This document shows positions 35,549-44,561 of a DNA stretch of 62,265 bases, piece after piece (within the stretch, counting starts at the first letter, position 1; every line of letters begins with the position of its first letter). A model generated the notes under the pieces. That model had not been told where the DNA came from and did no database searches. It worked only from the letters and a program-made list of their open reading frames with translations. The translations under genes were made by a program, and so were the position numbers. Source of the DNA: Pirellulales bacterium. GTDB lineage: Bacteria; Planctomycetota; Planctomycetia; Pirellulales; UBA1268. The stretch is taken from assembly GCA_044358905.1 (NCBI GenBank), contig JBIKND010000002.1:1-62265 (forward strand), given 5' to 3'.

Positions 35549-36049
35549 TTACTTGGGGGCCAGCGTGCAGACGAGTCGCCGACCCATCTGCTGGGGTGGC
35601 GATTCGACTTTGCCGACCGGGTCGAGGTGCTCGAGGATGTTTTTCATCACCCGTTGCCCCTCGTCGATATGGGCCAGTTCCCGTCCGCGGAACACGACCG
35701 AGACGATCACCTTGTCCTTGTGCATCAGAAACCCCTTGGCCTGATTCACCTTGAACTCGATGTCGTGCTCTCCGGTCTTGGGCCGCAGGCGGATCTCCTT
35801 GATCTTCGTGTGGTGGACGTGGGTCTTGTGAAGTTTCTTCTTCTGCTGGTACTTGAACTTGCCGAAGTCCATGATTCGGCAGACGGGCGGCTTCTCGTTC
35901 GGTGCCACCTCGACGAGGTCGAGGCCGGCCTCACGCGCGAGATTCAAGGCCTCCTCGGTGGGGATGATCCCGAGCTGGCCTCCCTCCGCCGAGATCACGC
36001 GGATCGGCGTGATGCGGATCTGCTCGTTGATGCGATGCTGCTTGTCGAT
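35549..36049 (-). CDS. infC: Translation initiation factor IF-3, probable non-AUG (ATC) start
   Basis: The track ORF starts at GTG 35998. However, the conserved IF-3 N-terminal segment ([15 protein letters not shown]) continues in frame upstream, to a stop at 36053-36055. The only plausible start is ATC 36047-36049, with GGAG about 9 nt upstream. C-domain motifs [13 protein letters not shown] and IKEIRLRP are present. Confidence 0.85.
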   Translation of the reverse strand: MDKQHRINEQIRITPIRVISAEGGQLGIIPTEEALNLAREAGLDLVEVAPNEKPPVCRIMDFGKFKYQQKKKLHKTHVHHTKIKEIRLRPKTGEHDIEFKVNQAKGFLMHKDKVIVSVVFRGRELAHIDEGQRVMKNILEHLDPVGKVESPPQQMGRRLVCTLAPK

Positions 36050-36216
36050 GGCTCACGACTCCGGACGCGGATGGGCTCCGGCGGCCGGGAAGAACTCGTG
36101 TTTCTTCGCACGTCGGGCCGGCGGCGCTCCTCTTGAAAATGGCGAGCAGCCCCGCCTTGCGGCAGGAAACGCTCGTCAACGGCGGTTCCAGATGATCCCA
36201 GCCGCGGGGGGCAGCG

Positions 36217-37761
36217 TCAAGGCGTCACGGTTTCGCGCGGGGCCCGCGCCTCGCGCTCGGCCGGAGCCCCGGGGGTGGGGGTGGGGATGGCCGGAAAGGC
36301 CAGCCCGTCGACGAACTCGCGGTCGGCGGCGGCGAACCGCTTGGCGGCGGAGGCTTCGAGCATGAAGGTTGCCGCCGCCCGGCGGCCGCTGGCGTCGGTC
36401 AGGACGTGGTGAATCCAGCGGAAGGGAAGATTTTCCGCGGTCCCTTCCGACACGACGCGGACGATCCGCACCCCATCGCTTCGGGTCGCCTCGGACGCGC
36501 TTGCGAACCGGCCGAACTGGCCGGCGAGCGACCGCTCGATATCGCGCTGCACCTCGGCGATCGTGGGCGGGGCGAGGGCGTCGCTGCGGGGGAGGACGGT
36601 CAGCGAGCACTGGCCGACGAGCGCCCCGCGGTCCACCAGCCGCAGCACCAGCCCCGTCGGGCCGTCCTCGACCACCCGCCAGCGGTCATCGCAGACGAGG
36701 TCGTAGCCGCCGTCGCGGTTTTGGTGCCATACGAGCCCGGGCCGACCGGCCCCGCGGCGCCGGTCGGACGGGGCGGCGGCCGTGGCCGCGTCAGGTTCCT
36801 TTACGGCACCGGCGGCGACGGGCCGCCGCGCGACGGCCACCCGCGCCTCGACGTCGAAGCCCGGGGCGACGTGGCTCGCCTGGCGTCGCTCCCGGATCGT
36901 GACCGCCGCGACTCGCGCGGCGGTCAGTCGCCACGCCGCCGTGTCGCCGTCGACCGCCGTGGTCGCGACGCTGCACTCGCCCTCGATGGCGAGATGCGTG
37001 GGCACGCCGTCCACGGCGCCGTCGATGATCCCGGTGAGCCGCACCGTCGCGAGGTCGTCCTCCACGGCCGTCAGTTCGGCGTCGAGGCTGCCCGATTCGA
37101 TCGTGTCGATCGCCAGCATCCCGGCCGTGGCATCCGCCGGCACCGTCCACTTCGCGCCCACGGCGACCGATTCGGTCGGCAGGAGGCGGTCGAGCAGCAG
37201 GGAATCGAACGGCGTGTCGAGAAGGTCCGACTCCTCGCGGGAGAGAAACCCGTCCGCGAGGTAGGGTGCCGGGGTCGTGCCGCGGAGGGCGAACTCGACC
37301 CGGCGGGCATCGGCCGGCAGCGTTATCTCGTTGGATTGCTCGTTGACGCTGACCAGGGCCTTGGCTTCGCTGTAGAGACGGCTGGCGGTCGCTTCACCCG
37401 CGATGGCGGGCTGCTCGAGAAAGTCGAACCGGGCCTCGACGGTGATCGGCTGGCGGACTGGATCCGTGTCCCGGCCTGTGGGCGCGAAGAGTTCACCGCG
37501 GACGTCCAGTTCGATCCGCACGCGGCTCGCCACCGGCTCGGGCGGCGGCGGATCCGCCGGCGGGGCGGTCTCGGCCGGAGTCTCCGCCGGTGCCGCTTCG
37601 AGAACGGCCGAAGCGGATTCGTCTTCGTCACCCGGTTCGACGGCCGTGGCTGCCGGAACGTCGGGGAGCACGTCGTCCGGTGTCGAGTCCGGGTCGTTGG
37701 CGACCGCTGCGCAGGCGATGAGCAGTGCCATCAACCAGCCACCCGACGTGATTGATCGCAT
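36217..37761 (-). CDS. Secreted hypothetical protein (no recognisable domain)
   Basis: 514-aa ORF. Signal peptide-like N-terminus MRSITSGGWLMALLIACAAVA, an acidic Pro-rich region, then globular-looking sequence with balanced composition. Confidence 0.65.
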   Translation of the reverse strand: MRSITSGGWLMALLIACAAVANDPDSTPDDVLPDVPAATAVEPGDEDESASAVLEAAPAETPAETAPPADPPPPEPVASRVRIELDVRGELFAPTGRDTDPVRQPITVEARFDFLEQPAIAGEATASRLYSEAKALVSVNEQSNEITLPADARRVEFALRGTTPAPYLADGFLSREESDLLDTPFDSLLLDRLLPTESVAVGAKWTVPADATAGMLAIDTIESGSLDAELTAVEDDLATVRLTGIIDGAVDGVPTHLAIEGECSVATTAVDGDTAAWRLTAARVAAVTIRERRQASHVAPGFDVEARVAVARRPVAAGAVKEPDAATAAAPSDRRRGAGRPGLVWHQNRDGGYDLVCDDRWRVVEDGPTGLVLRLVDRGALVGQCSLTVLPRSDALAPPTIAEVQRDIERSLAGQFGRFASASEATRSDGVRIVRVVSEGTAENLPFRWIHHVLTDASGRRAAATFMLEASAAKRFAAADREFVDGLAFPAIPTPTPGAPAEREARAPRETVTP

Positions 37762-38155
37762 CTTCCGTCCGCCCCCCCGTGCCGCGCAGATCCCGTTGTG
37801 TTGGCATCGGCAGAATGCCGCCCAATACCAAGTGTCCCCCCTACAATCGCCCCATTTTCAAAGGGTCTTTATGCTGCAAGGGCTGCTGGAATGAGACGCT
37901 TGTCAAGGGCGGGCCGAGCCACAACTCGAAGCGGCACAGGGGTTTGCGTCGCGGACTCCGGCCGGGGTCGACTGCGGCCTGGAGGACGCGGCGGAAAAAC
38001 ACTCAAGAGACGCCGCGGCGACGGTGAACCGGGATTGGACCGTCGCCGTATAACTGGGGCGTCCTGAAACACGGATGGACGGGGTCAAGGATGTCCCCGG
38101 AGTTCTTTCGTCTTCGAGCACCTGTCGGCACGGAACGGCCGACGCGGAGGAAACC

Positions 38156-39634
38156 ATGCGTACCAACGATTTCGGGCAGAGCGTGCGGATGTTCGATGCC
38201 ACCGCCGGTGGCGACGATCGCGGCAATCCGGTCGAGTCGGCGGTCGTGCCGCCCCACGAGCAGGTGCTGTCGATCGAGGACCTGGCACAGCGGTTCAACG
38301 TCTCCACGAAGACGATTTCCCGATGGCGCGACCACGGCCTCGTCGCCCAACGCTACGACGTGGGCGGCCGGAGGCGGGTCGGCTTCCTGGCGAGCGCGGT
38401 CGAGCGGTTCATCGCGTCGAATCCCCTGCGGATCGAGCGGGGCAGCCGCTTCAGCCAGCTCTCCGACGATGAGCACGAGAAAATCGTGGGCTGGGCGCGG
38501 CGACTGGCGTTGGCCGGGGCCTGCCCGGCAGACGTCCACCGGCGTATCGCCCAGCGGCTCGGTCGCAGCGTGGAGACGATCCGCTACACGCTCAAGCGTC
38601 ACGATCAGGACCATCCCGAGACGGCCGTCTTTCCGGCCGCCGACGGCCGTCTGCGGCCGGAGAGTTGCGCCCGGATCTACCAGCACCATCTCCACGGCGA
38701 GCCGGTGGAGTCGATCGCCCGGCGTTATCACCGCTCGAAGGCGAGCATCTACCGGGTGATCCTCGGTCAGCGGGCCGAGCACATCCGCCAGTTGCCGCTC
38801 GACCTGATCCCCAACGCGCTGTTCTCGCGGGTCAGTGCCGAGAAGGTGGTCAACCAGCCCTTCCCCGGCCCGGTCGATGTGAAGAAGGTGCGGCGGCCGA
38901 GCGGCCTGCCCGCCTACCTCGCGAGCCTCTACGAAGTGCCGCTGCTCACCCGCGAGCAAGAGGTTTGGCTGTTCCGCAAGTTCAACTATCTCAAGCACAA
39001 GGCTGCCACGCTCCGCGAGCAGCTCGACCCGGAGCGGCCGAATGCCCGGCTGATGGACCAGATCGAGCGGCTGTACGACGAAATCGTGGAGCTGAAGAAC
39101 CGCATCGTGCGGTCGAATCTGCGGCTGGTGGTGTCGATCGCCAAGCGGCGGGTGTCGCCCGGCGACAGCTTCTTCGACTTGGTCAGTGACGGGAACATGT
39201 CGCTGATTCGCGCGGTGGAGAAGTTCGACTACGCCCGCGGCAACAAGTTCAGCACCTATGCGTCGTGGGCGATCATGAAGAATTACGCCCGCACGATCCC
39301 CGACGAGCATCGCCGCCGCGACCGCTTCCGGGCGGCCGACATGGAAATGCTGCAGACCGCGACCGACCGGCGGGCCGACGAATACCAGCAGCGGCTGGCC
39401 GCCAGCGACCGGCTGCAGCAGGTGAGCAAGTTCCTCGACCGCCTCGACCAGCGCGAGCAGACGATCATCATCCGCCGCTACGGGCTGGACCACGAGCACG
39501 AGCCGCAGACCCTGAAGGAGGTCGGCTCGGCGCTGGGCGTGACGAAGGAGCGGGTGCGGCAGATCGAGGCCAAGGCGCTCGAGAAGCTCCGCGAGGCGGC
39601 CGCCTCCGAGGCGATGCTGCCCGAACTGGAGTGA
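38156..39634 (+). CDS. Sigma-70 family RNA polymerase sigma factor with about 250-aa N-terminal extension carrying HTH-like segments
   Basis: ATG at 38156, preceded by GGAGGA. Region 2: RSNLRLVVSIAKRRV...DLVSDGNMSLIRAVEKFDYARGNKFSTYASWAIMK. Region 4: TLKEVGSALGVTKERVRQIEAKALEKLR. N-terminal HTH-like segments: LSIEDLAQRFNVSTKTISRWRDHGL and ESIARRYHRSKASIYRVI. Confidence 0.85.
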   Translation: MRTNDFGQSVRMFDATAGGDDRGNPVESAVVPPHEQVLSIEDLAQRFNVSTKTISRWRDHGLVAQRYDVGGRRRVGFLASAVERFIASNPLRIERGSRFSQLSDDEHEKIVGWARRLALAGACPADVHRRIAQRLGRSVETIRYTLKRHDQDHPETAVFPAADGRLRPESCARIYQHHLHGEPVESIARRYHRSKASIYRVILGQRAEHIRQLPLDLIPNALFSRVSAEKVVNQPFPGPVDVKKVRRPSGLPAYLASLYEVPLLTREQEVWLFRKFNYLKHKAATLREQLDPERPNARLMDQIERLYDEIVELKNRIVRSNLRLVVSIAKRRVSPGDSFFDLVSDGNMSLIRAVEKFDYARGNKFSTYASWAIMKNYARTIPDEHRRRDRFRAADMEMLQTATDRRADEYQQRLAASDRLQQVSKFLDRLDQREQTIIIRRYGLDHEHEPQTLKEVGSALGVTKERVRQIEAKALEKLREAAASEAMLPELE

Positions 39635-39647
39635 CGTCCGGCGCGGC

Positions 39648-39808
39648 TAGAGCGCATCTCGTTTTGCTGTAGCGAAGGGTTGGTAGTTTGCGCGAGGTAG
39701 GTGAGGGGGTCGGCGAACGCTCGACGAGCGTGTGGCCGCTGCGGCCACAGCGAGGAGACTTTTGCCGCCCCCGAGCCGGTGCTACACCAAAGTCGGATTC
39801 GGGCTAAC
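39648..39808 (-). repeat. Intergenic structured repeat, family 1, copy f (full length, with terminal inverted repeats)
   Basis: Left terminus TAGAGCGCATCTCGTTTTGCTGTAGC. The right terminus, reverse-complemented, is GTTAGCCCGAATCCGACTTTGGTGTAGC. The core is almost identical to copy a. The CTA at 39804-39806 is the stop of the minus-strand PPIase gene. Confidence 0.85.
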
Positions 39809-41774
39809 GCGGCTGCACCGGGGCGTCGAGCGAGGCGGGGACGACACCCGAGGCGGCAGGCTGTTTGACCGAGCCGGCCCGCGGTTTGGCTAGGTCTTGC
39901 GCGTCGGCCCGGGTGAGGGTCGAGCCGGGCAGGCCCTTTCCCGGCTGGCCGGGCGTCGTTGGCCGCGTCGGTGATTGGCTCGTGCCCGCGAGCAGATTGT
40001 CGATCGCGGCCGACTCCCGCAGGTGGGTGAAGTAGCGGGCCATCTCGATCCGCTGCTTCTTCTCGAAGAGGTCGGCGTGGAGCTCGTCGCGGACTTCCGC
40101 GAACGATACCTGCGCGGGCTCCGTGTAGCCCTCGCAGAACAGCACCATGAACCGGTCGGCGACCTGCACCACGCCGGAGAGCTCGCCCGGCTTGAGGGTG
40201 AACGCCTCCCGCTCCAGGGCCGGCTGACCGCCCCAGCGGCGAATCGGCGACACCTCGCCGCGCAGCGACTTGGTCGTCGGATCGACCGAGTAGGTCTCGG
40301 CCAAGTTGCCGATGTTCTCGAGCGTCGGGTTCTGCCGCGCGAGCTGCCACACTTCCTGGGCCCGCCGCTGGTTGTCGAGCACGATCACGCGGCACTTGCA
40401 CCGTGGGCCGAAGGTCGCGGCGAACGCCTTGTCGAGGTCGTCCTGCAGCACCGGCACGCCGCCGACGAGTTTCTTGAGGGACACGCTCGGCCAGACCACG
40501 TCCTCCAGGTAGTGTCGCAGCGGCACCTTTTCCGACCCGGTGACGTGCTTGAGCCAGGCGTCCGCGTCGGCCTTGCCGTCGGGCCGCTTGAACCCCATCG
40601 ACTCGGCGGCCCGGGCGATCTCGGCGTCGATGTCGGCCTGCACGACCTGCTGGCGTTCCCGCGCGAGCGCCTGCTCGATGAGCCGCCGGGTGACGAGGAT
40701 TTCCAGCACCTCCGTGCCGTGGCGCTCGAGGCACACCGCGCGGACCTGCTCGGTCGCGACCGGCAGGCCGTTGATCAGGGCGGCCACTCCGGGGCGGGCC
40801 GCCGACTTGGCGGGATCGTTGAGCACGTTTTCGACGGTGGCCGCGTCTTGGAGGCGGCGAAACACCTCGCCGGAGGCCTGGCGGCTCTTCGCGTCGCGCA
40901 GGTCGGCGGCCAGGTGCTGGCGGACATCGTCGAGTTTCACGCCCGCGCCCGGCAGGTGTCCCTCGCACTTGATGATGATGAACTGGTCGGCGACCTGCAC
41001 CACCGGCGAGATCTCATTCGGCTGGAGCGCGAAGGCGGCATGGTCGAACTGCGGCTCCCCGGAATGGAGCCGGATCGGTTGCACCCAGCCGTCGGCGCTG
41101 GCGCTGCCTACGTCCACCGAGTGGCGGCGGGCGAGGCCCGGGAAGTCGTCGGGGGAGGCCACCGCCCGGGCCCGCAGGTCGTCGGCCTCCTTGCGGGTCC
41201 GGCTGACGATGATCCGGGCCTTCACGGCCGGACCGAATTGTTTCTCGAAGGCCTGCTGGATCTGGTCGGCCGAGGGCTCGGCGGTGCCGGCCGACAGCCG
41301 TCGCAGGGCGAGCATCGGCCAGACGATGTCGTCGGCATACTGCCGTGCCGTCACACCGCGCTCCCGTTGGATGAGCTCGATGTACTTGTCCTTGGGGACG
41401 TTGAAGCGGCGCGACATCGCGTCGATCTCGGCATCCACGTCTTGAGCCGAGACGGTGACGCCGGCCTGGCGGCAGGCCTGCTCGATGATCTGGCGATTGA
41501 CGATCGTCTCCAGGACCGTCGTGCCGTGCCGTGCGAGACATTCGGCGGCGAGCTGGTCGTGCGTGATCTCGAAGCCGTTGACGATCGCCACGGGCTTCGC
41601 GCCGGGCGGCAACGCGCCGGGCTTGGCCGTCGCGGGCTGCTGCTTCGCGGTGGGCGGTCCGGCGTCGGCCTGCGTGCCTCCGGCGATCAGCCGCCAGGCG
41701 ATGCAGACGGCCACGATGCCCATCGCGATGACCGCCTCGCGCGCGTACCTCCAGCCCGCTCCCGTGCCACCCAT
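39804..41774 (-). CDS. Periplasmic/membrane-anchored peptidyl-prolyl isomerase, SurA/PpiD-like with two parvulin-type domains
   Basis: ATG at 41774 (MGGTGAGWRYAREAVIAMGIVAVCIAW, a TM anchor). SurA-N-like helices are repeated. Two PpiC-like modules end in VVQVADQFIIIKCEG and VVQVADRFMVLFCEG. Confidence 0.8.
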   Translation of the reverse strand: MGGTGAGWRYAREAVIAMGIVAVCIAWRLIAGGTQADAGPPTAKQQPATAKPGALPPGAKPVAIVNGFEITHDQLAAECLARHGTTVLETIVNRQIIEQACRQAGVTVSAQDVDAEIDAMSRRFNVPKDKYIELIQRERGVTARQYADDIVWPMLALRRLSAGTAEPSADQIQQAFEKQFGPAVKARIIVSRTRKEADDLRARAVASPDDFPGLARRHSVDVGSASADGWVQPIRLHSGEPQFDHAAFALQPNEISPVVQVADQFIIIKCEGHLPGAGVKLDDVRQHLAADLRDAKSRQASGEVFRRLQDAATVENVLNDPAKSAARPGVAALINGLPVATEQVRAVCLERHGTEVLEILVTRRLIEQALARERQQVVQADIDAEIARAAESMGFKRPDGKADADAWLKHVTGSEKVPLRHYLEDVVWPSVSLKKLVGGVPVLQDDLDKAFAATFGPRCKCRVIVLDNQRRAQEVWQLARQNPTLENIGNLAETYSVDPTTKSLRGEVSPIRRWGGQPALEREAFTLKPGELSGVVQVADRFMVLFCEGYTEPAQVSFAEVRDELHADLFEKKQRIEMARYFTHLRESAAIDNLLAGTSQSPTRPTTPGQPGKGLPGSTLTRADAQDLAKPRAGSVKQPAASGVVPASLDAPVQPR

Positions 41775-41939
41775 CGTTGCGCCCTCCTTGGCATGTGTGC
41801 CGCGCTCCGCGGCAGAATGATGGGAATAGGCAATCCGGCGACGGCGATCAAGGTGAGCCGGCCCGGCGCGGGGCGTTTGCCGGGCCCATCGGCCCTGGTT
41901 TACCCTGGGGCCTTTCTCCCCCCTGCGCAAAGCCCCCAG

Positions 41940-42644
41940 ATGCCCGCCCCCTTGCCGCCCAAACCCGCCGATCAGGACCTGCCGACCTGCCTGGAGATCC
42001 TCGGGCTACGGCCGCCCCTGACGCTCGAGGACGTCAAGCAGACCTACCTCGCCAAGGCGATGGCCGCCCACCCCGATCGCGGCGGCGATCCGGCCGCCTT
42101 CGTGCGCCTGCAAAAGGCCTTCGAGGAGGCCAACGACTACGTGAAGTTCAAGGCCAGCAAGATCGAGTGGCTGGCGTCGAAGATCGAGGCCTACGCGCAG
42201 CAGCAGGAGGTGGCGACCGAGACCATCGAACGCGGCGGCGAGATCGAGATGGAGGAGACCGACTGGCTGCGGAAGTCGTTCGGCGAGGACTTCGGCCACG
42301 TGGCCGACAAGCTGGTCACGGTCCGCTTGCGAAACGCGTCCGCGGACGACGTGTTCGCGATCCTCATCGGTTTCCGGGCCGAGTCGCTCAAGGATCTCGC
42401 CGTGCTCGACCTCGCCGGCGGCACGATCAGCGACGAGGGGCTCCTGCAACTCAAGGAACTCAAGAACCTGCGCCGGCTCGACCTGCGCGGCACGCGGGTC
42501 GGGAAGCTCGGGGCGGAGGCCGCCCAGTGGTTCGAGAAGCTCGAGTTCCTGGGGCTGCCGAAGGGGAGCGTCGGCATGCTGGGCCGGCTGGCGATGCCCC
42601 GGCGGGTGAAACTGGAGATCGGCGACGGACCTGCGGAGGCATGA
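41940..42644 (+). CDS. J-domain protein fused to leucine-rich repeats
   Basis: Only the last 234 codons of ORF 39975..42644 look coding. J domain: LEILGLRPPLTLEDVKQTYLAKAMAAHPDRGGD, with the HPD motif. C-terminal LRR-like segment: LKDLAVLDLAGGTISDEGLLQLKELKNLRRLDLRGTRV. Confidence 0.75.
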   Translation: MPAPLPPKPADQDLPTCLEILGLRPPLTLEDVKQTYLAKAMAAHPDRGGDPAAFVRLQKAFEEANDYVKFKASKIEWLASKIEAYAQQQEVATETIERGGEIEMEETDWLRKSFGEDFGHVADKLVTVRLRNASADDVFAILIGFRAESLKDLAVLDLAGGTISDEGLLQLKELKNLRRLDLRGTRVGKLGAEAAQWFEKLEFLGLPKGSVGMLGRLAMPRRVKLEIGDGPAEA

Positions 42645-42645
42645 G

Positions 42646-43437
42646 ATGCGTGCGTGGCAGACGGCGATGGCGGTGGTCGGAGCCCTGGTCATGAGCGCCG
42701 CGGAGTCCACGGCGTCGGCGGACGCGCCCGGCGCGTTCGCGGAGCGCACGGTGTCGGTGCCCGAGGAGGGCAAGCCGTTCGTGTTCAAGTACCGGCTGCT
42801 GAAGCCCGCGGCCGTCGAGCCGGGGAAGCAGTATCCGCTCGTGCTCTTCCTGCACGGGGCCGGCGAGCGGGGCAGCGACAACGAACTCCAGCTCAAGTAT
42901 CTGCCGACATGGCTGGCCGAGGAGGAGAATCGGCGTCTGCATCCGTGCTTCGTCGTCGCGCCGCAGTGCCGTGCCGATCACAAGTGGGTGGAGATCGACT
43001 GGTCCGACAAGTCGAGCCTGCCGCAGCAGCCCGAGCCGACGGTGGACATGGCTGCGGCCGTGGCGGCGCTCGATGCGGTCGTGCAGACCGAGCCCGTCGA
43101 TCCCGGCCGCGTGTACCTGACCGGCATCTCGATGGGCGGCTACGGCTCCTGGGATCTCGCCGCGCGGATGCCGGAGCGGTTTGCGGCCGTGATCCCGGTC
43201 TGCGGCGGCGGCGACGAGGCCACGGCCCCGAAGCTGAAGGCCCTGCCCATCTGGTGCTTCCACGGCGACGCCGACAGGGCGGTGCCGGTGGAGCGGTCGC
43301 GGACGATGGTCGAGGCCGTGAAGGCCGCGGGCGGCACGGTGAAGTACACGGAGTACGAGGGCGTGGGCCACGACTCCTGGACGCCCGCCTATCGCGACCC
43401 CGCCACGCTCGAGTGGCTCTTCAAGCAGCGACGCTGA
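42646..43437 (+). CDS. Secreted alpha/beta-hydrolase (carboxylesterase / PHB-depolymerase-type esterase family)
   Basis: Signal peptide. YPLVLFLHGAGERG. Nucleophile elbow GISMGG. Distal HGDADRAVP and GVGHDSW, giving a Ser-Asp-His arrangement. The start lies 1 nt after the upstream stop (TGAGATG). Confidence 0.8.
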   Translation: MRAWQTAMAVVGALVMSAAESTASADAPGAFAERTVSVPEEGKPFVFKYRLLKPAAVEPGKQYPLVLFLHGAGERGSDNELQLKYLPTWLAEEENRRLHPCFVVAPQCRADHKWVEIDWSDKSSLPQQPEPTVDMAAAVAALDAVVQTEPVDPGRVYLTGISMGGYGSWDLAARMPERFAAVIPVCGGGDEATAPKLKALPIWCFHGDADRAVPVERSRTMVEAVKAAGGTVKYTEYEGVGHDSWTPAYRDPATLEWLFKQRR

Positions 43438-43455
43438 CCGGCCGCCAGCCGGTGG

Positions 43456-44418
43456 TCACTCCGGGAAGAGTCGCGTCGAGAGGTAGCGCTCGCCGAGGTC
43501 GGGGAGCACCACGACGACGAGCTTGCCGGCGTTCTCGGGCCGACGGGCGACCTGCAGGGCGCCCCACGCCGCCGCGCCGCAGGAGATGCCGCACATCAGC
43601 CCCTCCCGCTTGGCCATCTGCCGGGCCGTCTCCATCGCGTCCTCGTCGTCAACCTTCACCACCTCGTCGATGACGTCGAGGTTGAGGATCTCGGGGATGA
43701 AGCCGGCGCCGATGCCCTGGATCGTGTGCCGGCCCGGCTTGATCGGCTGGCCGGAAAGCTTCTGCGTGATCACCGGGCTGTTGGCCGGTTCGACGGCCAC
43801 GACCTTCACGCCCGGCTTCTTCGCCTTGAGCACCTCGCCGACGCCGGTGATCGTGCCGCCGGTGCCCACGCCACAGACGACGATATCGACCTGCCCCTCG
43901 GTGTCGGCCCAGATCTCCTCGGCGGTCGTGCGCCGGTGGATCTCGGGATTGGCCGGGTTCTTGAACTGCTGCGGCATGAAGAACTGGCTGCTCGACTGGG
44001 TGATCTCCTCGGCGTGGCGGACGGCGCCGGGCATACCCTCGGCCGCGGGCGTGAGCACGAGCTCGGCTCCGAGCGCCTTCAGCATCCTGCGGCGCTCCAG
44101 GCTCATGCTCTCGGGCATGGTGACGCGGAGCTTGTAGCCGCGGGCAGCGCAGACGTAGGCCAGGCCAATGCCGGTGTTGCCGCTGGTGGGCTCGATGATG
44201 ACGGTGTCGGGGCCGATGCGGCCGTCGCGCTCGGCGGCATCGACCATGGCGCAGGCGATCCGGTCCTTGACGCTCCACAGCGGGTTCATGTTCTCGATCT
44301 TGCCGGCGACCGTGGCCACGCAGCCCTCGGTGACCCGCCGCAGGCGGACCAGCGGCGTGCGGCCGATGCACTGGGTGATGTCTTCGCGGATGCCGGCCGG
44401 GAGCTTCGTCGTGACCAT
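43456..44418 (-). CDS. cysK: Cysteine synthase A (O-acetylserine sulfhydrylase)
   Basis: ATG at 44418, preceded by GGAGGTGA. PLP-lysine motif [29 protein letters not shown]. Confidence 0.93.
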   Translation of the reverse strand: MVTTKLPAGIREDITQCIGRTPLVRLRRVTEGCVATVAGKIENMNPLWSVKDRIACAMVDAAERDGRIGPDTVIIEPTSGNTGIGLAYVCAARGYKLRVTMPESMSLERRRMLKALGAELVLTPAAEGMPGAVRHAEEITQSSSQFFMPQQFKNPANPEIHRRTTAEEIWADTEGQVDIVVCGVGTGGTITGVGEVLKAKKPGVKVVAVEPANSPVITQKLSGQPIKPGRHTIQGIGAGFIPEILNLDVIDEVVKVDDEDAMETARQMAKREGLMCGISCGAAAWGALQVARRPENAGKLVVVVLPDLGERYLSTRLFPE

Positions 44419-44561
44419 GAAATCACCTCCGGAATACGGTCTGCGAACCACCCGGCCTCTCGGCCAGCGCAGGCCGCACCACCCCGATTATCGGCACGAT
44501 CGGCCCGAAACTGGAATCTGTCGCTGCTACGACGAAGCCATTTCGACGCGGTGACAGTTCC

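Noticed and set aside
6401-39808. Possibility that the repeated intergenic elements represent a CRISPR array or degenerate tRNA genes
   Set aside because: The copies are dispersed 4-12 kb apart rather than regularly spaced with short spacers. No cas genes are present. No cloverleaf or T-loop (GTTCRANYC) features were recognisable.
39975-41939. First 655 codons of the 889-aa plus-strand ORF 39975..42644
   Set aside because: This part is antisense to the PPIase gene and has shadow composition. Only the segment from ATG 41940 (J domain plus LRR) looks genuine.
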